Assembly (NCBI GenBank): GCA_016928395.1
Contig: JAFGKV010000029.1
Location: 1 to 54,904, forward strand
Direction of reading: 5' to 3'
DNA from: Candidatus Fermentibacterota bacterium
GTDB taxonomy: Bacteria; JAFGKV01
DNA length: 54,904 bases
Positions 46,696 through 54,904 of the stretch are shown one piece after another. The position numbers and the translations under genes are program-made. The notes below the pieces were generated by a model, which saw only the letters and a list, made by a program, of their open reading frames with translations, was not told the DNA's origin and did not search any database. How positions within the stretch are numbered: position 1 is the first letter of the stretch; each line of letters starts with the position of its first letter.

Positions 46696-47832
46696 CTAAC
46701 GCCCGGTTCCATAGTGCATGTCATACAGCTCCTCGAAGCGAGCGACCCCCCGCTCCCAGGGAAACAGGGAGGCTGTTTCGCGGGCTTTGCGGCTCATCTG
46801 TTCGGAGAGCGCCCGGTCCGCAGCCAGCGCATCTAGCCGCTCCGCCCAGAGCAGTGGGTCAGCCGGTAAGACCCATCCACTTTCCCCGTCAATGACCAAC
46901 TCCTCGGTACCGCTGACTCGCGAGGCGAGTATCGGCAGCCCGCTGGCGGCAGCCTCCAGGCTCACCAAACTGAAGGCCTCGTAGAGACTGGGCATGAGCA
47001 GAGCCATCCCAACCCGGTAGAGGGCCTGGATATCGGTTCGGGAACCGAGGAAGTGGATTCGGTGCTCGATGCCGAGCTTTTCGGCCAAAGCACGGTAGCA
47101 CGCCTCGGGCCCCGATCCCGCGACTATCAGATGCACGCCCTCGGCGGAGGCCGCGACGACACGGATGGCGAAGGGCAGGCCCTTCCTTGCCCACTCGCCG
47201 CCGACGAAGAGCGCATACGAGTGCTTTCGGGGAAGGCCCAAGGTGTGGAGCACGTTCTCACGCTCCCCGGGCCTCGCAGGAAGGAAGGTGTCGAGGTCAA
47301 CGCCGTTGGGGATGGGCTCGACCCGCTCGGGGGGAGTCTTGTAGGCATCCCGCAGCTCGCGGCCCGTGCCCTGGGAAACCGGCAGCAGCACACCCCCGGG
47401 CCGCGGGTAGAGCCGGCGTTCAACGGCCATGGCCAGGCGGTAGTGCGTCCGCCATGACGCGTACTGGCGGGCGGTCATCTCCTGCCGAAACTCCCTGCTG
47501 CGGCGCAGGATGCGATACTTGGCCCGCACCACGGTATGGACGCTGGAGAAGTCGAAGACGGGGCAGTTGGGGCCTTGACTGTGGATAAGGTGATCCTTGA
47601 GTGTGCGAGCTCGAGCACCCGCCAACACGTAGAAGCCAAGGTATTGCAGCGCGGCCGGGCCAGGGATTCGACGGATGGGTTCGCAACGGACCAGGCCGCC
47701 GGGCAGGTCACTGAGCGAATGGGAAATAACCGTCACTTCATGGCGCGTCGCTAACCGCCGTGCCCACTCGGCCACGCAGCGCTCATGCCCGCCGCGCAGG
47801 TGGCAGTGTTCAACTACGAAGGCAATCCGCAT
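46696..47832 (-). CDS. GT4-family glycosyltransferase
   Basis: MRIAFV, GG.ER, PVS, IPNGVD, RKG and MPSLYEAFSLVSLEAAASGLP (EX7E). Start placed at ATG 47832. Confidence 0.93.
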   Translation of the reverse strand: MRIAFVVEHCHLRGGHERCVAEWARRLATRHEVTVISHSLSDLPGGLVRCEPIRRIPGPAALQYLGFYVLAGARARTLKDHLIHSQGPNCPVFDFSSVHTVVRAKYRILRRSREFRQEMTARQYASWRTHYRLAMAVERRLYPRPGGVLLPVSQGTGRELRDAYKTPPERVEPIPNGVDLDTFLPARPGERENVLHTLGLPRKHSYALFVGGEWARKGLPFAIRVVAASAEGVHLIVAGSGPEACYRALAEKLGIEHRIHFLGSRTDIQALYRVGMALLMPSLYEAFSLVSLEAAASGLPILASRVSGTEELVIDGESGWVLPADPLLWAERLDALAADRALSEQMSRKARETASLFPWERGVARFEELYDMHYGTGR

Positions 47833-48262
47833 CACAGAACCATCCGGGTCGCAGGGTTCGGGTTTCAATTCATGGGGGAACAGGTTACAGGGAAGAGGAA
47901 ACAGGGGAAAGTGCACAATGGGCAGGAAGACCCGTGCTCGCTCCCAGGCTCCGAGTGGGCAGACGGCAGGAGCCCGCGATCCGAGATCCACAGCGTCTCA
48001 TGCGCTCATCCGCATCAAGATCAATATTCGGTGGGCAAGGAAGGTCAGCCAGCGGGAAGAATCCTTCTTCTGGCAGAACTCCCATCCCTTCCACTTCGTC
48101 CGGATTGACCCGGTGGCGAACCTGTGCCCCCTCGCATCCACGGGAAAGAACAGAAGATCATCCGCGTCTCCAGGCGTGATCTGATCTTGACTTCGACGGG
48201 CCACCTGGCACTTTGTCCCCGCTGTCATTGATCTGGGCAGCCGCGCCACGGGAGGAGGTCGC

Positions 48263-49843
48263 ATGACAGAAATGCACGCTACGACCATCGCAGCCTCACA
48301 GGATGACCTCATCGCTCGGGTCATGGCGCTGGCACCCCTACCCAGCCTCACCCATGAGGCTCATCGCAGCGCCGACGCATTGATTCGGGATCTGCTGTCC
48401 CAACTCCGGAGCGATTCCGCCTTCTTGAGTTTTGATAGCCTCTTCAAACTGGTTTCCCACCTTGCGACCATCGGCGACCCTTCTGCCGCGGAATCAATCG
48501 CACGCATGAGTGCCGATCATTTTACCGGCGAGGATCGACCGATGTGCGCGGTGTCAATGCTGAACCTCGCGGGTCGCTCCTGCTACGACCAGTGCGCATT
48601 CGATGATGCGGAACACTGCTTCTCCCGTGGGCTCACTCTCGTTCCCAAGCCCGACGTGAGGCTTCAGACGCCCGTGCTGCTGATCAACCTGGCAAAGCTG
48701 TACACGGAGATGGGCAGATTCAGCGACGCCTTGAAGAAGTACGACGAGGCCAAGCGAATCGTCCGCTCCACGCTCAGTGGCGTGTTCGCAGATCTAGACT
48801 TCTTCCTTCCCCACGAAGTCGTGGGCCTTATCGTCAACAATACTGGATGGGTGCATCTTCGGACTGCCCGCGGGGCCGGCAACGACCCTGGACTCCTGAG
48901 ACAGGCCGGCAAGTCATTCGACGCGGCCCTGGGTCTTCCTCTGCATCCCAGAACCCGGCTTATCGCCTTGGGAAACCGTGCCGAGACCTATATCCGGCTA
49001 AATGACACGCGCAAAGCCGAGCGCATCCTGGGACCCCTCGAAACGGAATGCCTTGCCAATGGGCATCGGCTTCTGCCCCTGATCCATGGTAGATGGGCCC
49101 AGGTCTGCGCCGCCCGTGGTGATATCCTGTCCGCGGTGGAGTGGTCCAGGAGAGCCCTGCGGTCAAGTCTCCTGGCGGGCAACCCTCGGCAGGAGTTGCG
49201 GATTGTCGAGGTCATTGTCGACATCCTCCGCACCCTGCTGTCTGGGGTCTCTGACCCTCTGACTGCGCTGGGATCAACTGGAGAGCCCGTAGTCGCCCAT
49301 GTGCTGGAGTTGCTCCAGAGCAAGGATACCTACACCGGCGGCAATCACTCCGCGCGGGTCGCCAGCCTTGCCCGGAAGGTCGCCTGCGTAGGCGTGGATG
49401 ATACACCCACGCGGCAGCGATGGATTCGGCGCGTAGAACTCGCCGGGCTGCTGCACGACATGGGTAAGCTCTGCATTCCGTGGAGCTTACTGAACAAGGT
49501 CTCACCTCTGTCCAGCAGAGATTGGCAGCTTCTCAAGGCCCATACGACCATGGGGAAGACTATGTTGGAGAGTATCGGGCTCGGCCAGTTGGCCCTTGTT
49601 GCCGGCGGTCACCATGAACGGCCTGACGGCCATGGCTATCCAACCGGCTCGCCGAGCAGGCGACCGGAGCCTGCCATCGTAGCCGCTGCCGATGCCTTCG
49701 AGGCCATGACGTCGCCATCTCGCGTGTATGTGCGCCCCAAGACCCCCTCGGAAGCCCTGTGGGAGATCCGCAAGGCATCCGCTACCCAGTTCCGACCGGA
49801 GGTGGTCAAGGCCATGGTAGCAGTGCTGCAGCGACAGACCTGA
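48263..49843 (+). CDS. TPR-containing HD-GYP phosphodiesterase
   Basis: GGAGG RBS; N-terminal TPR-like helices; KDTYT..HS.RVA, LLHDMGK, LLNK, HHERPDGHGYP, AADAFEAMTS and QF.P.VV. Confidence 0.9.
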   Translation: MTEMHATTIAASQDDLIARVMALAPLPSLTHEAHRSADALIRDLLSQLRSDSAFLSFDSLFKLVSHLATIGDPSAAESIARMSADHFTGEDRPMCAVSMLNLAGRSCYDQCAFDDAEHCFSRGLTLVPKPDVRLQTPVLLINLAKLYTEMGRFSDALKKYDEAKRIVRSTLSGVFADLDFFLPHEVVGLIVNNTGWVHLRTARGAGNDPGLLRQAGKSFDAALGLPLHPRTRLIALGNRAETYIRLNDTRKAERILGPLETECLANGHRLLPLIHGRWAQVCAARGDILSAVEWSRRALRSSLLAGNPRQELRIVEVIVDILRTLLSGVSDPLTALGSTGEPVVAHVLELLQSKDTYTGGNHSARVASLARKVACVGVDDTPTRQRWIRRVELAGLLHDMGKLCIPWSLLNKVSPLSSRDWQLLKAHTTMGKTMLESIGLGQLALVAGGHHERPDGHGYPTGSPSRRPEPAIVAAADAFEAMTSPSRVYVRPKTPSEALWEIRKASATQFRPEVVKAMVAVLQRQT

Positions 49844-49992
49844 AAGGAAATGAGGAATGCAGACAGAGCAAAGCCCCCAATAACTGCGACTTCATCCCCG
49901 ATTCGCCGAATCGAGAAGCCCCATGTGCTGACGGCGGATGAGGTCGTGCGTCAGCTACGCGCCGGGCCTGCCGGCCCTCGCGGCGTTCGAGA

Positions 49993-51195
49993 TCAGGAGG
50001 CCGCTTCGGGAGCGCTCTGCAGCATCGTCTCAGCGGCGGCCGGATCCAGTGGTGCGCCGCGCAGAAGCATGCCTTCCACCTGCTTGGCGAGTGCCTTGTT
50101 GCCGATGACTATTGCCCCGGCCAGCCGGCTTTCGTGCAGCAGGAGCTTCCCGTAGGAGAAGGCCGCGGCATTTTCGCGCCGCACTACGGTGAACCCCTCT
50201 TCGGGTGGATCTACCACCCCCATTGAGCTGACATCAATCCCCATGACCTTGAGCGCCGTGATGGGAGGAGTCTCCCTATACCGCTCGTTGCCGCCGGCCA
50301 TGTTGGCGGCAGCGACGCGTGCCTGCGCCTGGGCCACCGGTACGATTGCCCAGCAGCGGCCCTCATGGATAGCCGCATCACCCGCCGCGTAGATATCGGG
50401 GGCACTGGTGCGCATGGCGTCATCTACCTGCACGCCCCGAGACACCTCCAACCCGGCAGCTTCGGCCAGTGCGGTGTTGGGCCGCACGCCCGCCGCGACA
50501 ATCACGAGTTGTGCCCGAAGTTCACGACCACTGCTCAGGGTCACGCCAGTCACCGAGGCCTCGCCCACGATGACGTCCACGGAGTCCGCCAGATACACCG
50601 CGAAGCCCTGCCCCCCGACAAAGGCCTTGAGGATAGCTGCCCCCTCGGCATCGAGCTGGAGCGGCATCAGCCGAGGCTGGAGTTCCACCAGTGACACCTG
50701 AAGACCGAGGGTCTGCACGCCGCGGGCCGCCTCCAGCCCCAACAGCCCTCCGCCTATGACCACCGCCTCCCGGCACCGCGCCGCGTACTCCCGGATCGCC
50801 TGCGCGTCTGCCAGGGTGCGGATGGTGAACACACCGCGAATCTCGCGCCCCGGAATGGGGGGCACAAAGGGAGAACTGCCGGCAGCACAGAGCAGCCGGT
50901 CATACTCGACCTTCGTCCCATCTGCCAGCGTCATTGTATGCGCGTCCGGCGACAACCGGGTGACCGGGGCCCCCAGGTGCAGGGTGATCCCCTTCCGGGC
51001 GTACCAATCCTCCGTGCGGAGGATTACCCTTTCCAGAGGCATGGTGCCCGCAAGGTAGTCGGTAACATGGGGACGATAGTAATAGGCGTAGGGCTCCTCG
51101 GAGTAGACATGGACCTCGCCTGTTCCCCCCTTGGCAAGCTCCACCGCGGCGGCCATGCCCGCGACCCCATTGCCGATGATCAGATGTTTCATCAC
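49993..51195 (-). CDS. NAD(P)H:FAD oxidoreductase (rubredoxin reductase / NirB large-subunit N-domain family)
   Basis: IIGNGVAG, Y.RP, YDRLL.A.GS.PF.PP, VIGGGLLGLEAA, GV.PN and IYAAGD; no Fe-S domains. Confidence 0.92.
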   Translation of the reverse strand: MMKHLIIGNGVAGMAAAVELAKGGTGEVHVYSEEPYAYYYRPHVTDYLAGTMPLERVILRTEDWYARKGITLHLGAPVTRLSPDAHTMTLADGTKVEYDRLLCAAGSSPFVPPIPGREIRGVFTIRTLADAQAIREYAARCREAVVIGGGLLGLEAARGVQTLGLQVSLVELQPRLMPLQLDAEGAAILKAFVGGQGFAVYLADSVDVIVGEASVTGVTLSSGRELRAQLVIVAAGVRPNTALAEAAGLEVSRGVQVDDAMRTSAPDIYAAGDAAIHEGRCWAIVPVAQAQARVAAANMAGGNERYRETPPITALKVMGIDVSSMGVVDPPEEGFTVVRRENAAAFSYGKLLLHESRLAGAIVIGNKALAKQVEGMLLRGAPLDPAAAETMLQSAPEAAS

Positions 51196-51489
51196 TGAGC
51201 GTATCCTCCCGGAGTATGTCGGAATGAGATCATCGGACCAGCAGTCCTCACTGCCCTCACTGCCGCGTGATCGTTCACTGCCGCTGTGTGTGGCCGTTTT
51301 GGGCCGTTGTCAAGTTGTCAGAATGACGAGCGGCAGGGCCACCGTCGCTGCAGCCCATTCCCGACCATGCGTCTCCTGCGTCCGCCCCCACTCCGCACGT
51401 ACGGTCGCCTCGCTGCGTGACCCCGGTGCCCGATGGCTGTGCTTTGTACTCCGGAGCCTAATCCAGGCGCAACGTTCTCGGGAGGTCTC

Positions 51490-52410
51490 ATGCTGGTCTC
51501 TCACTATGCCTTGTCGGGGTGTGTCTCCGTGACCAGAGCATCCGCCGCGGTGAGCGTCGTTCTGGCGTTCTTCACGGCCACCTCGGCCGCGCAAGACCAG
51601 GTTCTCCGCTTGGATGGCGACGGCGACTACGTGGAGTTGCCGTCGGGCATCTTCCAGGATCTGACCGAGGCGACCATCGAGGCATGGATTCGGTGGGACG
51701 ACTTCGGTTACTTCTCGCAACCCATCGGCTTTGGGGTGCGCGAAGGATGGCGGGCACTGGCCATCAACAATGCCCCATATTCCCCGACACTCCATTACTT
51801 CATTCATGTCGGAATGGAGCGGCATCTCATCATCATCCCGGAGATCCTCAGACTGGGCCACTGGTACCATATCGCGGCGGTGTCCGGTCACGGAGGCATG
51901 AAGCTTTATCTGAATGGCGTCCTGGTCGGCTCCGATCCATACGGGGGTAGCTTCGACAGCATCGCGACCACACAGCACTGCTACCTCGGCAAACCCCACT
52001 GGGCGGCCAACGCCGACTTCAAAGGATGCCTTGACGAGGTGCGAGTGTGGAGCATGGCGAAGAGCGACGACGAGATCCGCAGGAGCAGGCATCAACACCT
52101 GCGGGGAGATGAGTCCGGCCTCGCCGGCTGGTGGACTTTCGATGGGGGCGACGCCGCCGACTCATCATCCCACCGGAGTCATGGCGTGTTGCGGGGTGAC
52201 GCACGGTGCGCAGAAGCGGATCTCGCCGGCGCGGGCGAGTTGCCGCGCCCCATTGCTCTGTCGGGCGTAGTGGCAGATGTGGAGGGTGCCCGCCTCCCGA
52301 ATGCCACGGTGACGCTGGAGCATGATTACCAACTGGTTGTTGCCGGATCAACAGACGACAGAGGGAACTTCCGACTCGTCACCTGGCCCAGACCGGGCGA
52401 GGGGGATTGA
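51490..52410 (+). CDS. Exported LamG/concanavalin-like domain protein, apparently C-terminally truncated
   Basis: GGAGG RBS before ATG 51490; signal peptide; LDGDGDYV, TIEAWI, WYHIA, LYLNG, FKG.LDEVRVW and GL.G.W.FD; then only the start of a carboxypeptidase-regulatory-like domain before the stop. Confidence 0.78.
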   Translation: MLVSHYALSGCVSVTRASAAVSVVLAFFTATSAAQDQVLRLDGDGDYVELPSGIFQDLTEATIEAWIRWDDFGYFSQPIGFGVREGWRALAINNAPYSPTLHYFIHVGMERHLIIIPEILRLGHWYHIAAVSGHGGMKLYLNGVLVGSDPYGGSFDSIATTQHCYLGKPHWAANADFKGCLDEVRVWSMAKSDDEIRRSRHQHLRGDESGLAGWWTFDGGDAADSSSHRSHGVLRGDARCAEADLAGAGELPRPIALSGVVADVEGARLPNATVTLEHDYQLVVAGSTDDRGNFRLVTWPRPGEGD

Positions 52411-52463
52411 AGGATGTGTGATCCGATCGTGTCCATCACGGCCCCAGGGTGAAGGTGTCCCTT

Positions 52464-52636
52464 GAGTGAGGAGATGGGAGATAGGAGTAAGGAGATGAGA
52501 GAGTCAAGAGGTGAAGAGGGAAAGGAGTCTGCAGTAGGCAGTTCGGGCTGAACCCCGAACCCTGAAACCCGCGAGCGAAGCGAAGCGGCAGTCTGCTGTC
52601 GGCTGGCAGAGAGCTGATAGCAGAAAGTTGAGAGCT
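52464..52636. repeat. Mosaic of degenerate short (7-9 nt) tandem repeats
   Basis: Purine-rich GGAGTAA/GGAGATG units, then AACCCCG/AACCCTG, GCGAAGC and AGCTGATAGC units; each motif recurs elsewhere in the window. Confidence 0.55.
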
Positions 52637-52920
52637 GCCGCGCAGTGGCTACGTGCCCGCTTTACACCACAGATTCGCGTTCGGCGGCTGCGGTCCCGGC
52701 GCCTGCGGTTCCCCGTAGCTTGACATTTTGCCTACTTCCCAGACAGCCCCCAGACTTGGGATGCACGACAGGTGCGTATCGCGTAGGGAGCTTGGCGAGA
52801 CCGCAGGTAGTCATGCGGCACTCCGGCCCCACTTTACTCGCAGATGGCTCGATGTTCTGAGGGCCGACCTCTCGCTCCAAGATGGCCGTTGACCGGCACT
52901 CGCGCCCCGTTATGCCTCCC

Positions 52921-53066
52921 GGCTGGCAATCCGCACGAAGCTGTGCCATATCCGATTGATCTGATCACACACCCCCAACACTGCGGAGAGCCATGGCCGA
53001 CCTGTTCACGCCGCTCTTCAACGCCTCGATCCTCCGCGCCCGGCTCGGTACGTTCGCGCCTGAGCT
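52921..53066 (+). repeat. Diverged direct repeat, copy 1 (upstream region plus gene start MADLFTPLFNASILR)
   Basis: Aligns with 54701-54844 at offset 1780; shared GG.TGGCAATCC, GCCATAT.CGA.TG.TC, CCAACA.TGCGG, CCATGGCCGAC and GCCGCTCTTCAACGCC. Confidence 0.75.
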
Positions 53067-53260
53067 GAGTACCGAGCTGGCTGCTGCCCTCGAAGTGGCG
53101 TCCTCCTTCGGCGCTGGCCCGTCATGTGGACATCGTGAGCCAGTCGATTCGTGGCAAGGCCGAAGCCGAATCGACTCTGGTGACTGGCGAATCTGTCACC
53201 CACGCTCCACACGCTCTGCGCCAACGTCTCGGCCCAGATGGCTCCCGTGTGCCTTGTCCC

Positions 53261-53289
53261 TTGACACACACCACCCGCCCGGCAATACT
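53261..53289 (+). promoter_or_regulatory. Sigma70-like promoter for the yhcG-family gene
   Basis: TTGACA-17 nt-AATACT, about 80 nt upstream of the GTG start. Confidence 0.5.
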
Positions 53290-53366
53290 ACTCCTAACAA
53301 TACCCGCCAAGCCTCTGGCCTTTGGTCACGCTCAAATCGGCGGGTTACTCCTTTGGGTGGGCTGCC

Positions 53367-54527
53367 GTGAGTGATGCCCCGCTCCCCGCGGGAAGGCCAT
53401 TCGACTACGCGGGCATGCTGCAGGACATCAAGGGTCGCATCCGTGCGGCCCAGCTCAAGGCGGTCATGTCTGCCAACCGGGAGCTGATCCTGCTCTACTG
53501 GGACATCGGCCGGATGATTGCCGAACGCCAGGAAGAACAGGGCTGGGGCGCTGCGGTGATTCCCCGGTTGTCGCACGACATCCGCAGCGAATTGCCTGAG
53601 GTGAAGGGCTTTTCGGAGCGCAACATCGGATACATGATCCGGTTTGCGCGGGAGTACGGCACCCCCCTGATTTTGCAGCAACCTGCTGCAGAATTGGAAA
53701 TCCCTGATGGCAAGGGCGAAACAAGAGCGCCGCCGCCCGCAGCGCGATGGGCCGAAACCGATCCAAGGAGGATTTTGCAGCAGCTCGCTGCGCAAATCCC
53801 GTGGTTCCATAACGTGATCCTGATGGAGAAGGTCAAAGACCTCTCCATCCGCGCCTGGTACATGCGGCAGACCATCGAGCAGGGCTGGAGTCGAAGCGTG
53901 CTCACCACCATGATCCAGAGCGCCTCCCACGAGCGGCAAGGCCGCGCCGTCACGAACTTCCCCCGCCGCCTCCCGCCCGCGCAGTCGGATCTGGCTCGAC
54001 AGACGCTGAAGGACCCCTACGTCTTCGACTTCCTGACGCTGGATGAGTCCTTCCGCGAGCGCGAGCTGGAAACCGGCTTGGTTCAGCATTTGCAGAAGTT
54101 CCTGATCGAACTCGGCCGGGGCTTTGCCTTCGTCGGGCGGCAGTACCACATGGACATCGGCGACGAGGATTACTATCTCGACCTGCTCTTCTATCACCTC
54201 ACGCTCCGCTGCTTCTTCGTGATCGAGCTCAAGCGCGGCGCATTCAAGCCGGAGTATGCCGGCAAAATGAACTTCTACCTCAGCGCGGTGGACGATCGCC
54301 TCCGCCATCAAGACGACCGTCCGTCCATCGGCCTGATCCTCTGCCAGGAAAAGAATCGCGTAGTGGCCGAGTACGCCCTACGTGACATGCGAAAGCCGAT
54401 TGGGATTTCCGAGTATCAGCTTACGCACGCGCTGCCGCGGGAACTGCAGTCGGCCCTGCCCACGATTGAAGAAATCGAGCGGGAACTCAGCCAAGAGGAG
54501 AGCGCGGATACCCCCGAAAGAGGGTGA
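53367..54527 (+). CDS. yhcG: YhcG/DUF1016-family PD-(D/E)XK nuclease
   Basis: N.ELI.LYW.IG, WG..VI..LS.D, KGFS.RN, LKDPY.FDFL, ELG.GFAFVGRQ, DLLFYH, IELK and GKMNFYL. Start is GTG 53367 or TTG 53322. Confidence 0.93.
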   Translation: MSDAPLPAGRPFDYAGMLQDIKGRIRAAQLKAVMSANRELILLYWDIGRMIAERQEEQGWGAAVIPRLSHDIRSELPEVKGFSERNIGYMIRFAREYGTPLILQQPAAELEIPDGKGETRAPPPAARWAETDPRRILQQLAAQIPWFHNVILMEKVKDLSIRAWYMRQTIEQGWSRSVLTTMIQSASHERQGRAVTNFPRRLPPAQSDLARQTLKDPYVFDFLTLDESFRERELETGLVQHLQKFLIELGRGFAFVGRQYHMDIGDEDYYLDLLFYHLTLRCFFVIELKRGAFKPEYAGKMNFYLSAVDDRLRHQDDRPSIGLILCQEKNRVVAEYALRDMRKPIGISEYQLTHALPRELQSALPTIEEIERELSQEESADTPERG

Positions 54528-54700
54528 ATCAACCAGCGTCACCATCAAGGCAGCCAAGGGCCAAACCATGCTCCAGTGTGTCGGCAAACGACCGCTGACA
54601 CGCCTGAACGCCTCCCCGGCACAGAAGGTCGAGGTTTTCGGAGAAGATCCCGAATCCGGAGGCCGGCTCTACGACCCATACCGTGTCGAGCCACCCACGG

Positions 54701-54904
54701 GGTTGGCAATCCTAACGCCAACCGGCCATATTCGACTGGTCAACCATCTGAACACCAACATTGCGGGAAACCATGGCCGACTTCAAGCCGCTCTTCAACG
54801 CCCGCATTCTCCGTGTGGGGCTGGCGAAGTCCTCGCCGGAGCTTGCTGCGGTGGGGAACGTGTCGTCTTGGTCAAGAGGAGAGCGGGCGCACGGGATGTT
54901 TGTA
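54701..54904 (+). repeat. Diverged direct repeat, copy 2 (ORF from ATG 54773, MADFKPLFNARILR, open to window end)
   Basis: Matches copy 1 through about 54844. The frame from 54773 has no stop before 54904. Confidence 0.7.

Noticed and set aside
47885-48351. Short ORFs between the GT4 and HD-GYP genes
   Set aside because: Several competing frames exist, none with a recognisable motif or convincing RBS.
53291-53350. attC-like integron site (CCTAAC...GTTAC with CCCGCC/GGCGGG pairing)
   Set aside because: The ends do not fit RYYYAAC/GTTRRRY, there is no integrase, and there is no second site.
53671-53799. Internal duplication ILQQPAAEL / ILQQLAAQI in YhcG
   Set aside because: Variable repeats at this position are a common feature of the YhcG/DUF1016 family.

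Overview
This is a GC-rich (roughly 60% by eye) bacterial accessory region with about 30 supportable CDSs. I found no rRNA, tRNA, CRISPR array or intact transposase. Secreted proteins with a FlgD-Ig-type C-terminus and 'YQGxLTD...F.IY...GGT.LW' Gly-rich proteins suggest an FCB-related or candidate-phylum anaerobe (inference only). In order, the window holds: a methyltransferase; a Gly-rich fibre-like exported protein whose 3' end runs into a relic of its own paralog; a Ser/Thr kinase with TolB-like repeats; a circularly permuted GH114/TM1410-type lipoprotein; a beta-helix protein; a translationally coupled ECF sigma / soluble zinc anti-sigma / FHA-transglutaminase-like-ClpN operon (best candidate for an undescribed system); a non-canonical sulfatase-fold protein; a GT-C/TPR protein; an oxidative-stress unit (fur/perR pseudogene, UGA/SECIS selenocysteine peroxiredoxin, DPS-like ferritin); a beta-helix/PA14 protein; PNPOx-like, DUF1028-TPR and PPTase genes; a second Gly-rich exported protein with its partner; an ankyrin-SHOCT lipoprotein; a divergent galactokinase; an SLC13 permease; a cNMP-GGDEF protein; PadR plus two tandem RND efflux operons separated by GTAG-type REP palindromes; a GT4; a TPR-HD-GYP protein; an FAD oxidoreductase; a truncated LamG protein; and a YhcG/DUF1016 nuclease bracketed by diverged direct repeats of a promoter plus gene start. 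All family calls come from motif recognition by eye, not database searches.
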